DNA of 11,336 bases from Nitrospinota bacterium (GCA_036231405.1 JAZAHK010000044.1:1-11336); one strand, 5' to 3'; shown: positions 1-9,224, numbered from the stretch's first letter. Translations and numbers: made by a program. Notes: a model not told the origin generated them from the letters alone.

Positions 1-1
1 G

Positions 2-565
2 GAAATTAAAATAAAAAATATATCAATACTGTTTCATCATGAATCTAGTGGGTGGTCAGTCACACATATTTTCCCTATAACAAAAAAAAGAGACAATGTA
101 TCTAAATTCTGGAATACCTCTCTCATCCATAAAGGAAAATATAAAATCACTATAAAAATGAGTACCGACATGCATAGTAATGAAACAATAATATTTGATT
201 TTGAAAACGACTACGACTCTTTAAAAAATGTGATGAAAGACCTTGAAAAAACAATCAAATTCATTAAAAAAACAACATCAAGCAAAAGTTTTCTTGAAAG
301 TATAAAAACAAAAAGAATTCTCCAAAAAATAAAATTCATAAAAGAACTTGTGCCTTGGATTACTTTTCTTCGGGAGGGAGAAAAACAAGAAACTTTTGAA
401 AAGAAAGCAGAAATTCTTAGAGAAAATATCTTAAAAGCAGAACAAGAAATGAAATCTCTTAGTTCAAAAGATTTCATACAACAACTAAAGAAAATTGAAG
501 CCAGTTGCAAAAACTGTCATGATATTTTTAGGGAGGATGACAAAGAAGAGAAAAGAATTAATTAG
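2..565 (+). CDS. 5'-truncated protein with C-terminal class II cytochrome c (cytochrome c'/c556-like) domain
   Basis: The frame of ORF 158..565 has no stop back to position 2 (EIKIKNISILFHHESSGWSVTHIFP...GKYKITIKMST...), so ATG 158 is probably internal. A C-terminal ASCKNCHDIFR heme motif after a helical region (SLKNVMKDL...) is the class II cytochrome c layout. Confidence 0.75.
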   Translation, partial: EIKIKNISILFHHESSGWSVTHIFPITKKRDNVSKFWNTSLIHKGKYKITIKMSTDMHSNETIIFDFENDYDSLKNVMKDLEKTIKFIKKTTSSKSFLESIKTKRILQKIKFIKELVPWITFLREGEKQETFEKKAEILRENILKAEQEMKSLSSKDFIQQLKKIEASCKNCHDIFREDDKEEKRIN

Positions 566-585
566 AACACCCTGTAACAGTATCC

Positions 586-2505
586 CTACTCCTGAATCCA
601 GTCTTGTATCTTAACCGGGAATCTAGACTCATTATATTGTCGTTTGAAAGGAAGGATTTCCGTCTTTGAAGAATCTCTTCTCGCAATCATATGTACCTTA
701 TTCCTACTTTTAGCGAAAACAATGGCATTAAGTTTCTTTTCACCTTTACCATACAAGGAAACAATCATACGGTAGTTTTTAAAGTCATACTCATCTTTGT
801 TGATTGTTTTATCTTCATATTCAATATCTTTTAATCGATTTAAGAATCCATCGACTTCTCCAATATTTACCTTTTGTCCTTTTATGTCTACTTTTTTATC
901 TTTTATTTTGATGAACTCACTATTAGCAATTTCCCAGGAGTAATTATCTGTCCCACTAAATAATCCTGCAATCGGCCTTCGTAATATCATTTTCTTTCCA
1001 TCTGGATATGAAACCACCAGTTTTCTTATATCTTCTGATTTTTCAAAGACAACTAATCTTCTATCCCTGAAATATTCAGGAGTTCTAACTATTTTTTCAT
1101 AATCTTTTTTATCCAATAAGAACACTCTGTTTTGATCTTCAAACTTCCCATACGCTCTCTTTCCATCTAATAAATTCCCTAAAATAAAAGATGAAATTTT
1201 TTCTTTCTCTTCTTTATTCTTCTTTGTATAGATTTGAAATTTCCTTACTCCTTTGGATTTAAATCCGTAAATGGAAAAATCCTTTTTAGGATTGTCAATA
1301 TATCCCGCAGCATTAGACCATTTTATATCCCAAAGCAAATCGTCAATATGCTTATGCCTTCCTTTAAATTTAGTAGAATTCTCGTCAGAAGTTTTCTTCG
1401 TAGTAACGTCCCAATCTTTTTTCGATTTTCTAATCGTATCAAAAATATTCCCCGACCAAGAAAAACGAATACGAGTCACATGATCAACATCATACTCAAT
1501 CAAACCCTTTTTCCTGATTTTGAACACAGTTTTAGGCAAAGACTTCATTGTATGTCCCTTAATAAGAAAAACAGGACCTCCGCTCAATCTTCTTGCGTAA
1601 AAAAAGGATTTATTCTTCTCTTTTCCCTTACTCTTTGAAACCTTAACTTGAGAAAAATTTATTTCTCTCTCTCCAATATATACGCCGTCATCAGGTTCTT
1701 TTGAACTTCTATTTTTAAAAATATGATAAATATACTTCGGGGTATCTAAACCATATTTAGAAAGATCTTTTGGATTTTCATCAACAAAACGAGCTACTTG
1801 GTCCCAGCGTAAAGTAGATACAACACCTTCTGTGTCAACTCCATCCGATTGCTCATTAATGGGATAAGTCAAATCCCATTTCTTGTTATTTTTCAAATTT
1901 CTAGACGCATCAAAAATTCTTTCCATCCCACTCGAGAACACACTAATTTTATTTGCATCATCGGGCATAGTAGTGATGATATACTTGTCTCTAATGTCAA
2001 AAATTTTTTTATCTATTTTTTTCAATACTGAAAGATCAACAGTAGCAACTTCCCCATTCCCAAGCAGAAGGTACTTGAATTTACCGGTAGGAGTTATATT
2101 CCCTAATTTAAGAACAATATCTTTAGAATTTTTGAACGTCATAGCCAGTTTTTCGGAAGTTTTTTTAAGTCCAAAATCTGATAAAGAACTTACCTTGCCT
2201 ATTCTTCTTTCTTCCCTAATTTGGCTAATAACTTTTAATATTTTTTTAATTTCATCTTCATCTACTCTAGCGGAAACAGGGTTCGTTATAACAAAACCTT
2301 TATCATCACGTTTTAGGACATACGTATTTTTCTTCCCAGAAAATGACAGTTTTATGAGATTTGAAGTCTCTTTCGAACCAATAAATTTTAGATTAGTTTC
2401 TTTTTTCTTCTTAGTTTCTTTCGCCCACTTCACATCATACAAATAGTAGGCTGAGGAAAGGACTATCAGGATAAGCAATAGAAATAAATTTTTCTTCCCA
2501 TTCAC
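586..2505 (-). CDS. DUF4340 repeat-containing membrane-anchored periplasmic protein (Gld-like ABC accessory)
   Basis: N-terminal hydrophobic anchor. Repeated W-x-(I/L)..P....D and L..(Y/F)GL motifs with RD(K/R)-type linkers. GTG start overlaps the upstream TGA (GTGA, 2505-2502). Typical position after a GldG-family gene. Confidence 0.8.
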   Translation of the reverse strand: MNGKKNLFLLLILIVLSSAYYLYDVKWAKETKKKKETNLKFIGSKETSNLIKLSFSGKKNTYVLKRDDKGFVITNPVSARVDEDEIKKILKVISQIREERRIGKVSSLSDFGLKKTSEKLAMTFKNSKDIVLKLGNITPTGKFKYLLLGNGEVATVDLSVLKKIDKKIFDIRDKYIITTMPDDANKISVFSSGMERIFDASRNLKNNKKWDLTYPINEQSDGVDTEGVVSTLRWDQVARFVDENPKDLSKYGLDTPKYIYHIFKNRSSKEPDDGVYIGEREINFSQVKVSKSKGKEKNKSFFYARRLSGGPVFLIKGHTMKSLPKTVFKIRKKGLIEYDVDHVTRIRFSWSGNIFDTIRKSKKDWDVTTKKTSDENSTKFKGRHKHIDDLLWDIKWSNAAGYIDNPKKDFSIYGFKSKGVRKFQIYTKKNKEEKEKISSFILGNLLDGKRAYGKFEDQNRVFLLDKKDYEKIVRTPEYFRDRRLVVFEKSEDIRKLVVSYPDGKKMILRRPIAGLFSGTDNYSWEIANSEFIKIKDKKVDIKGQKVNIGEVDGFLNRLKDIEYEDKTINKDEYDFKNYRMIVSLYGKGEKKLNAIVFAKSRNKVHMIARRDSSKTEILPFKRQYNESRFPVKIQDWIQE

Positions 2506-4145
2506 CTTAGACGCCTTCTAGCAACATATACGGCAGTACCAATCAAAATGATAAAAATTGGAATGACAAGAAATGTCAATATCCACACATAAGATCCTTC
2601 ATTGCCTTCTATAAGCAATGGATCTCCAGTTCTTGTCTTAGGTCTTATAGAAATAAGATCTTTTTCCCCACCCAACCAATTCACAGAATTCAAGACCAAA
2701 TTAGTATTCCCTTGCATTCCAATATATCCATCGGTAGCAAAATCTACATCCCCGTACACTACAATTCTTGCTTCTTTTTTATTTGTTTTAAACTGAACTG
2801 AAGCAGCAGCGCCAAGATTAACTGGTCCAGGGGTTTTACTTTTTTCATCATACGAAAGTTGTTTTTCCGATACCTCTACTTTGGATACCCAGAAACTACC
2901 TTTCCCTGTCTTGATCAACTCTTCTCCCTTTAATCCGATTTTAGGATTTCCTTTAAAAGAAACAATTCTCGCTGTTGGGAAAACGGTTGCGAAACCTTTC
3001 ATACTCTTTGTTATTTCGTGGATGCCGTAACTAGCTACAAAAGGTGTTAAAGCATTACCACCCACCATCGCAAATCGAACGGCCTGAGGATCTATTACAT
3101 ATGACTTAGGTGTCTTGAAACCGTAATTTTTTAACAAAGAAAAAAGATTTTTTAATGTTATATCTCCCGAACCGAAATTTGGCTCTAGGAAAACCAATAG
3201 ACGTCCCCCCTTGCTAATATAATCTTCCAAGAAAGATGTTTCTACAGAAGTAATATCCTTTCTTGGATCAGCAATTATCAGAATCTTCGCATCACTTGGA
3301 ACAGATTTTTTTCTTACAAGAAACAATTGCTCTGTTCTATAGTTATCTACTCTTAAAAAATTTGCGAGAGCAGAGAGATTTCTACGACTTTTCCCTGCAG
3401 TAAAAAGCCTTTCCCCGTGTCCTATAAGGAAATACACTTTCTTCTGTTCAGTCTGAACAGTTTTCAAAATAGCGTTCACTATTGCGTTTTCAGACAAGGA
3501 ATATATTTTCTCTGACCTAAAGTCTTTAGATAAGGGTAATTTTCGTCTGCCAACAATTGATTTTAATTTATTAGTAGAGTTTTTGCTTGAAAATCTATGG
3601 ACTACAACAATAGTTCCATAATGCTTTACATCATAAAGTTTCGCTGCAGTAGGGTTTGCATCCAAATCAAAAAATTTAAAGCTGACTTGGCTAGAAGTTC
3701 TTGTATAACGTTCTAAAGCCTCTTTTATAGAAGGTTGTCTCAACTTTCTTATAAAAGCAATAAATTCAATTTTTATTTTTTCCCTGTCAAGTTTTTGTAA
3801 AATTTTAACGGTTTTATTAGAAAGACTATGGAACTGTCCGGGAGTAATATCCCAAATATAAAAATGCTTAAAAGAAAATAAGTTCAAGACAAAAATGAGT
3901 GCAACTACTACAAAACACATTATAGTTACTTGAATTCCTGATCTTGTAGATCTTTGACTAAAACCCTTCTTCAATTCTGAACGTGAAGTCCAAAATGCAA
4001 TAATAAAAAGTATTACGCCCAGAAAACCTGTAACATATACCCAATAAGACACACCCTCAAAAAGGTCTCTGCCAGCCCATCCAGTAATAGTAAGCACTAA
4101 GAAAAAAGCTGAGGCAATAAAAATATAAAGAGATTGACTCGCCAA
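2502..4145 (-). CDS. GldG-family ABC transporter auxiliary component
   Basis: Motifs WDIT...HSLSNKT, KVYFLIGHGE, VPSDAKILIIADP..D, Y...GGRLLVFLEP, ARIVVYGDVDF, GNTNLVLNSVNWL...LISIRPK and a C-terminal TM ending RRRLR. Start moved from GTG 4160 to TTG 4145 because GGAGGGG (4158-4152) lies 6 nt upstream of the TTG. Confidence 0.85.
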   Translation of the reverse strand: MASQSLYIFIASAFFLVLTITGWAGRDLFEGVSYWVYVTGFLGVILFIIAFWTSRSELKKGFSQRSTRSGIQVTIMCFVVVALIFVLNLFSFKHFYIWDITPGQFHSLSNKTVKILQKLDREKIKIEFIAFIRKLRQPSIKEALERYTRTSSQVSFKFFDLDANPTAAKLYDVKHYGTIVVVHRFSSKNSTNKLKSIVGRRKLPLSKDFRSEKIYSLSENAIVNAILKTVQTEQKKVYFLIGHGERLFTAGKSRRNLSALANFLRVDNYRTEQLFLVRKKSVPSDAKILIIADPRKDITSVETSFLEDYISKGGRLLVFLEPNFGSGDITLKNLFSLLKNYGFKTPKSYVIDPQAVRFAMVGGNALTPFVASYGIHEITKSMKGFATVFPTARIVSFKGNPKIGLKGEELIKTGKGSFWVSKVEVSEKQLSYDEKSKTPGPVNLGAAASVQFKTNKKEARIVVYGDVDFATDGYIGMQGNTNLVLNSVNWLGGEKDLISIRPKTRTGDPLLIEGNEGSYVWILTFLVIPIFIILIGTAVYVARRRLR

Positions 4146-4147
4146 GG

Positions 4148-4927
4148 TTATCCCCTCCACCTATGTGATTCGAGTGATCGAAGGGAAAGAAATAAACAAA
4201 TAAATATTAAACTTAAGAAAAATATAACGTCCCTCGTGTCAATGATTCCTGAAACAAAGCTTTTAAAGTGTAATCCTATAGACATTTGCCTTAGCACTGC
4301 AGAAACGATAGCAGGGGCAGATGCTGCAAGAAATTCAACTATAAAACTTAGTAATAAGATCATAAACGCTGACATTGCCGCAATAATTTGATTTGAAGTC
4401 CAAGAACTTGCTAACAAACCCACAGCAAGAAAAGAAGACCCCATTAAAAAGATTCCTAAAAAGGATGTTGCGATAACGGACCATTCAACCCTAACAAATG
4501 TACTTAATAAAATAGGATAAACCAATAAAATCAAAAGCATTAAAATATAAACGGAAACAACAGAAAGAAACTTCCCAAGCAGAATCTGTATATCCTTTAT
4601 AGGATATGTAAGCAACATTTCCATAGTTCCTTGTTTTTTCTCTTCACTAAATAATTTCATTGTAAGAAGTGGGATTATAAACAACAAAGTAACACTAACA
4701 CTTGCAAAAACCTGCTGAGAAAGGATCCACGAGGTTGGCGTTATATTATACTGGGCTGCTAACTGAGGATTTCTGGACAACTGCATTGAAATCATTCCAT
4801 ACTGCATAAAAGCACTTGAAAAAAAACCGCCCATAAACAAACTCCACACACCCAATATCACATAAGCTATTGGCGAAAAGAAGAAACTCGAAAGCTCTCT
4901 TTTGCAAACAACTAGCACACTATTCAT
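4148..4927 (-). CDS. ABC-2 type permease (GldF-like)
   Basis: KRELSSFFFSPIAY, PLLTMKLFSEEKKQGTMEMLLTYP, LLGKF, SSWTSNQIIA; about six hydrophobic segments. ATG 4927 preferred over GTG 4933 because GAGGAG (4940-4935) is 7 nt upstream. Confidence 0.9.
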   Translation of the reverse strand: MNSVLVVCKRELSSFFFSPIAYVILGVWSLFMGGFFSSAFMQYGMISMQLSRNPQLAAQYNITPTSWILSQQVFASVSVTLLFIIPLLTMKLFSEEKKQGTMEMLLTYPIKDIQILLGKFLSVVSVYILMLLILLVYPILLSTFVRVEWSVIATSFLGIFLMGSSFLAVGLLASSWTSNQIIAAMSAFMILLLSFIVEFLAASAPAIVSAVLRQMSIGLHFKSFVSGIIDTRDVIFFLSLIFICLFLSLRSLESHRWRG

Positions 4928-5897
4928 CAACACTCTCCTCAGTATTGTTTATTTCTCCACTCACTATTTTCACAAAAATCTCTTCCAAGGTGATACTTTC
5001 TTTTTTGATTTCTATAAGTTTCCCAGATTTTTCATATATAGAAGAAGCTAAGAGAGCACGAAGATCTTTTACAGAATCCACTTCGTAGTGGATCTCTCCA
5101 TTTTTAACACCTCTTAATCGAACAGTTTCAACTCCCTCTATATTTTTCAGAACATCAGAATAAATATCTTTGTCACCAACTACAGAGAGAAGTGTTCTAT
5201 TTTTTTCATTCATACTATCTGCAAGCGCATCTAATTCACCTTCAGCAGCCAATTTCCCCTGATGTATAATCACTACCCTGTCACACACCATATTGACTTC
5301 CGGCAGAATGTGGGTACTTAAAACTATAGTTCTATTCCCCTTCAACTCTTTGATAAGATTCCTGATCTCTACAATTTGAGCTGGATCCAGTCCAGAAGTT
5401 GGTTCATCCAACAACATGACAGGAGGATCGTTCACTAGTGCTTGTGCTAAACCTACTCTCTGCCTATATCCTTTAGAAAGATGTCCGATCACTCTAGACT
5501 GGACATTTCCCAAACCGCATTTTTCTATAACCGAACCTATAGACTTACTTTTTTCATTATTAGACAAACCTTTAATTGAGGCTGAAAAATCCAGGTATTC
5601 TTTTACAGTCATCTCAGGATAAAGAGGATTGTTCTCTGGAAGATAGCCCAAATTCTTTTGAACATTTAATGGATCTTGAGAAACATCATATCCTGCAATA
5701 TAAGCCGAACCAGAAGAAGCAGGCATATAACCTGTAAGAATTTTCATAGTTGTGGACTTGCCCGCGCCATTAGGACCGAGAAAACCTACTATTTCACCTT
5801 CTTCTACATCAAAAGAAATTCCACGAACTGCCTCTACGTTTCCATAAAACTTAGACACATTATCAACACTAATCAAAATTCTATCCTCTAACGACAA
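4920..5897 (-). CDS. ABC transporter ATP-binding protein (GldA-like)
   Basis: Walker A GPNGAGKST, signature LSKGYRQRVGLAQAL (GldA-type), Walker B LLDEPTSGLDP, H-loop LSTHIL. TTG start with no clear SD, so the exact start is uncertain. Confidence 0.95.
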   Translation of the reverse strand: MSLEDRILISVDNVSKFYGNVEAVRGISFDVEEGEIVGFLGPNGAGKSTTMKILTGYMPASSGSAYIAGYDVSQDPLNVQKNLGYLPENNPLYPEMTVKEYLDFSASIKGLSNNEKSKSIGSVIEKCGLGNVQSRVIGHLSKGYRQRVGLAQALVNDPPVMLLDEPTSGLDPAQIVEIRNLIKELKGNRTIVLSTHILPEVNMVCDRVVIIHQGKLAAEGELDALADSMNEKNRTLLSVVGDKDIYSDVLKNIEGVETVRLRGVKNGEIHYEVDSVKDLRALLASSIYEKSGKLIEIKKESITLEEIFVKIVSGEINNTEESVDE

Positions 5898-5944
5898 TTA
5901 TAATTAAAAAACAATATATTTAAAATCATTGAAAGCAGCATGAT

Positions 5945-5973
5945 AAAATAGAAAAAATTGAGAGGAATTGCAA
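5945..5973 (-). promoter_or_regulatory. candidate sigma70 promoter for the ABC operon
   Basis: On the - strand TTGCAA (5973-5968), 17 nt, TATTTT (5950-5945). The AT-rich context makes a chance match possible. Confidence 0.3.
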
Positions 5974-5982
5974 GATGAAAAT

Positions 5983-7011
5983 TTAATCCAACAAAAAATC
6001 GCCTCTTTGCGCTGCATTTTTCATTATCTGATAAACATCTAAAACTCTAGGTCCATTATCTTCAAGAGTAATAGAAAAAGATTCTCCCTTGTTCAAAACA
6101 ACTTCCCTTTCACCGTCAAAGGCAACAACAGAATCAGTCGTTGCCTTATATTCAAAAGACTCATTCATTTTAATTCTCCGGTGCGAATCAACATTTACTG
6201 GAACAACCATCCCCGGAGCAATTGGAGACATTATAATTTCCTTATTCTTAGTTTTTCTGCCAGTTAATTTTACAAATAATCCTTCCTCATCTTCCGGAGA
6301 AATCGAAACAAAGCTAGAACCGATAGCAGACAGACCAAGACTACCTGGGATACAACAAGTTAAAGCAAGAAATTCAATTTTCGAAATATCCCATACGGCC
6401 TTAGCTCCTGCGTATGTTTCTCGAACAAGTGCAATGTCTACAAGCGCTTTCTCTTTTTTCCTTGAAGCAAAACTCACAGAAAAACACTTGGTTTTTCTTA
6501 CTTGTGGGAAATAAAATTCTGGATCTTTTGAATAGAAACCAGCAGCAAGTCCTGCAATTGTACCTTCTATATTTTGAGGAAAAACATTATTAGTTCCTGT
6601 AGATAAAGGGATTAATGGTATTTTACCACACCCCTTTGAAACCGCCCTGCTAGTTCCATCTCCCCCTAAAGCGATAATAGTATCTACTTTCAAATCCTTC
6701 AAAATGGTTGCAGCCATGATCGAATCTTCTGTAGTTCCATTGGCACTCATATCTAGAAGATGGAAATTTGTAGTATTTTTACCTTCAAGCAAAATCTCTT
6801 TTTCATCTATAATGGACAGACCTAACGAACCAGTATCTTTCAAGAGATAGACATTGTCTACTTTACTAGCAACTAATCCCTTAACCACCCTTTTCAAAAT
6901 AAGAAGCTTTTCGTGATTACTAAAAGAACTTGCCAAAGAAATTATTCTTCTAACATCTTTTCCTGAATGAGGATTAGCAATAATCCCTACATTGCTATTC
7001 TTATTTAACAT
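5983..7011 (-). CDS. acoX: ATP-NAD kinase family protein, AcoX-like
   Basis: N-terminal GIIANPHSGKDVRRI typical of AcoX; GGDGT kinase motif; STGTNNVFP...EGTIAGLAAG; FDGERE. GAGGA SD upstream on the - strand. Confidence 0.8.
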   Translation of the reverse strand: MLNKNSNVGIIANPHSGKDVRRIISLASSFSNHEKLLILKRVVKGLVASKVDNVYLLKDTGSLGLSIIDEKEILLEGKNTTNFHLLDMSANGTTEDSIMAATILKDLKVDTIIALGGDGTSRAVSKGCGKIPLIPLSTGTNNVFPQNIEGTIAGLAAGFYSKDPEFYFPQVRKTKCFSVSFASRKKEKALVDIALVRETYAGAKAVWDISKIEFLALTCCIPGSLGLSAIGSSFVSISPEDEEGLFVKLTGRKTKNKEIIMSPIAPGMVVPVNVDSHRRIKMNESFEYKATTDSVVAFDGEREVVLNKGESFSITLEDNGPRVLDVYQIMKNAAQRGDFLLD

Positions 7012-7054
7012 CTAAATTCATTCCTCGCAAAACATAAAGGAAATAGGTTTAAAG

Positions 7055-7076
7055 GAAACTAGTTTCAATGTACATT
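7055..7076. promoter_or_regulatory. two abutting perfect palindromes in divergent intergenic region (candidate operator)
   Basis: GAAACTAGTTTC (7055-7066) immediately followed by AATGTACATT (7067-7076). Confidence 0.4.
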
Positions 7077-7122
7077 AATTAAAGACTAATATGAAAGAAC
7101 AACCAGAAAAAGGAAATTTTCA

Positions 7123-8457
7123 ATGTTACGTTTCAAAAGCTCTATCAAGAAAGATGCATCCTCAATTTTCTACTCCGGACTAAATGAATGCAAACCAATA
7201 GGAAGACTTTCAAAAATTATAAATCTTAAAAAAAATGGCAATAACAAAACAATTGAAATATCAAGAAAAAAATTTTTACTCCATCCTCAAGGAAGGGTTG
7301 TTGTCATAGGCGCTGGGAAAGCGTCTTCACAGATGGCTCAAACGTTAGAAAATAAAATTAAAGAAGTAATCGATTGTGGAATCGTGATCACTCCTTACAA
7401 GTATAAAACCAATTGTGAAAAAATCGAAGTGGTAGAAGCATCACATCCTCTGCCAGACAAAAATGGACTAAATCATACGAAAACAATAATGAATCTTATA
7501 GAAAAATGTTCAAAATATGACCTTGTTGTCTTTCTGCTCTCAGGAGGAGCTTCTTCCTTATTGATAAAACCTGCAGTAGGAATAGAACTAAAAGAAAAAT
7601 CTTGGGTAATAGAACGATTACTGGAAGCTGGAGCAACCATCAATGAACTCAATTGTGTGAGAAAACATCTTTCAGCTATAAAGGGAGGTCAATTAGCTCT
7701 AAAGACGTTTCCTTCCAGATTGATTACTCTTTACATTTCAGATGTAATTGGAAACAAGCTTGAGGTCATTGGATCAGGCCCAACATACGGAGACTCGACA
7801 ACTTTTCAAGATGCACAGAAAATACTCATTAAAAAAAATATATGGGATATATCTCCCAAGAGTATAAAACAACATATAGAAATGGGACTAGCAGGAAGAA
7901 TTCATGACACGCCTTCCCCTCGAGAAGTTCAGAAAAAGAAAACATATTATTTCATGGTATCAGATCTAAATATAGCTCTATCGGCATCAATGAAAAAAGC
8001 GAAGACGCTCGCCTATAAAACAAGAATTCTCGCTAACAATTTACAAGGGGAAGCAAAAAAAGTTGGAGTATATTTAGCAAAAATAGCCAAAGATGAAAGA
8101 GAGAAAAAGACAGGACCATCTTGTATTATTTGTGGAGGAGAAACAACTGTCACTGTAAAAGGAAACGGCAAAGGAGGAAGATGTCAAGAGATTGCATTAG
8201 CGTTTGCAAGAGAAATCAGTGGAATTCCTAAAATCGTTTTACTTTCATCAGGAACAGATGGAAGAGATGGACCTACAAACTCTTCAGGAGCAATTGTTAA
8301 TGGCAGAACTGTAAATTCCAAAACACACTTTATTGACTCAAAAGAAGCCTTACGTAACAATAATAGCAATATTTTTTTGGGATCTAGAAAATCTCTGTTC
8401 AAGACTGGTCCTACCGGGACAAACGTTATGGACATTATGGTTTTAATAATTAGATGA
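7123..8457 (+). CDS. glycerate 2-kinase, type II (MOFRL / TtuD-like)
   Basis: VIGAGKAS, ASHPLPD, LLSGGASSL, GATINELNCVRKHLSAIKGGQL, ISDVIG...IGSGPT, GGETTV, GGRCQE, GTDGRDG, TGPTGTNVMD. AAGGA SD upstream. Confidence 0.93.
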   Translation: MLRFKSSIKKDASSIFYSGLNECKPIGRLSKIINLKKNGNNKTIEISRKKFLLHPQGRVVVIGAGKASSQMAQTLENKIKEVIDCGIVITPYKYKTNCEKIEVVEASHPLPDKNGLNHTKTIMNLIEKCSKYDLVVFLLSGGASSLLIKPAVGIELKEKSWVIERLLEAGATINELNCVRKHLSAIKGGQLALKTFPSRLITLYISDVIGNKLEVIGSGPTYGDSTTFQDAQKILIKKNIWDISPKSIKQHIEMGLAGRIHDTPSPREVQKKKTYYFMVSDLNIALSASMKKAKTLAYKTRILANNLQGEAKKVGVYLAKIAKDEREKKTGPSCIICGGETTVTVKGNGKGGRCQEIALAFAREISGIPKIVLLSSGTDGRDGPTNSSGAIVNGRTVNSKTHFIDSKEALRNNNSNIFLGSRKSLFKTGPTGTNVMDIMVLIIR

Positions 8458-8485
8458 CCAAAATTCAGGAAACTAAGGGTACAAA

Positions 8486-9217
8486 TTGATTAACAAAACT
8501 CTCTTCATATCGAAGCTTTATTTATTTTTTCTCTTATTTTTTCTTTCTACAAGTACATCTAATGCCCAAGAGATAACTATTGCTGATTTTAACAATATTA
8601 AAATTAAAAAAAAATCAAATATCCCTTTCGGTTGGATTCAAAAAATATGGAAAGGCAAACCTGATTTCCAATTAATTAAAGGAAACGATCAAAAATTCTT
8701 ACGTTTAAGAAGTAACAAGTCAGCAGTTTCAATCTATAAAGAAATCAAACTAGACTTGAAAGATACTCCAATTCTTGAATGGACATGGAAAACTACAAAA
8801 ATTCCCGAAAAAGCGTCTGCAAACCATTACTCAAGAGATGATCAAGCCATTGGAATTTATGTCGCATTCCCAAGATTTCCTAGCATGCTTAACAGTAGAC
8901 TGATTGCATACATTTGGGATTCCAATGTACCAAAGGGGAAAATTCTAAGAAGCCGAAAACAACTTATGGTCCACTATATTGTCGTTAGAAGTGGGAAGAA
9001 AGATTTAAAAAAATGGATAACTGAAAGAAGGAATGTTTTGGAAGATTACAAAAAGATTTTCTCTTCATCTCCTCCTAAAGTTGGAGGGATTTCGATAATG
9101 ATCGATTCAGATGATACTAAAGATACTGCTGAGAGTTTTATTAAAAAAATTACTTTCAAGGGATTATCCATTAAAACTAGTAATATAAAACTGAACAATT
9201 TTTTTGTGAAAAAATGA
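8486..9217 (+). CDS. secreted DUF3047 domain protein
   Basis: Signal peptide ending SNA-Q; motifs P.LEWTWK, DD.A..IYV.F, YIWD, W..ERRNV.EDY...F, GI.IM.DSDDT characteristic of DUF3047. TTG start. Confidence 0.82.
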   Translation: MINKTLFISKLYLFFLLFFLSTSTSNAQEITIADFNNIKIKKKSNIPFGWIQKIWKGKPDFQLIKGNDQKFLRLRSNKSAVSIYKEIKLDLKDTPILEWTWKTTKIPEKASANHYSRDDQAIGIYVAFPRFPSMLNSRLIAYIWDSNVPKGKILRSRKQLMVHYIVVRSGKKDLKKWITERRNVLEDYKKIFSSSPPKVGGISIMIDSDDTKDTAESFIKKITFKGLSIKTSNIKLNNFFVKK

Positions 9218-9224
9218 GACATCT

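Noticed and set aside
211-510. 99-aa antisense ORF
   Set aside because: Shadow of the cytochrome-domain gene; no recognisable motifs.
566-585. Terminator between convergent genes
   Set aside because: 20-nt gap with no convincing stem-loop.
1234-2796. + strand ORFs 1234..1638, 1271..1483, 1849..2031, 1883..2446, 2602..2796
   Set aside because: All antisense to well-supported DUF4340/GldG genes, with the F/S/L/I-rich composition typical of shadow frames.
586-5897. Calling the operon gliding-motility genes gldA/gldF/gldG
   Set aside because: Family resemblance only; such homologues are common in non-gliding bacteria and no other gld/spr genes are in the window.
4134-6514. + strand ORFs 4134..4391, 4870..5088, 5416..5622, 5676..5891, 6089..6514
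   Set aside because: Antisense to the ABC and AcoX genes; no motifs.
7091-7183. 30-codon out-of-frame ORF starting ATG 7091 and overlapping the glycerate kinase start
   Set aside because: No SD and no recognisable features; expected by chance.
8184-8435. 83-aa - strand ORF
   Set aside because: Antisense to the conserved MOFRL domain.
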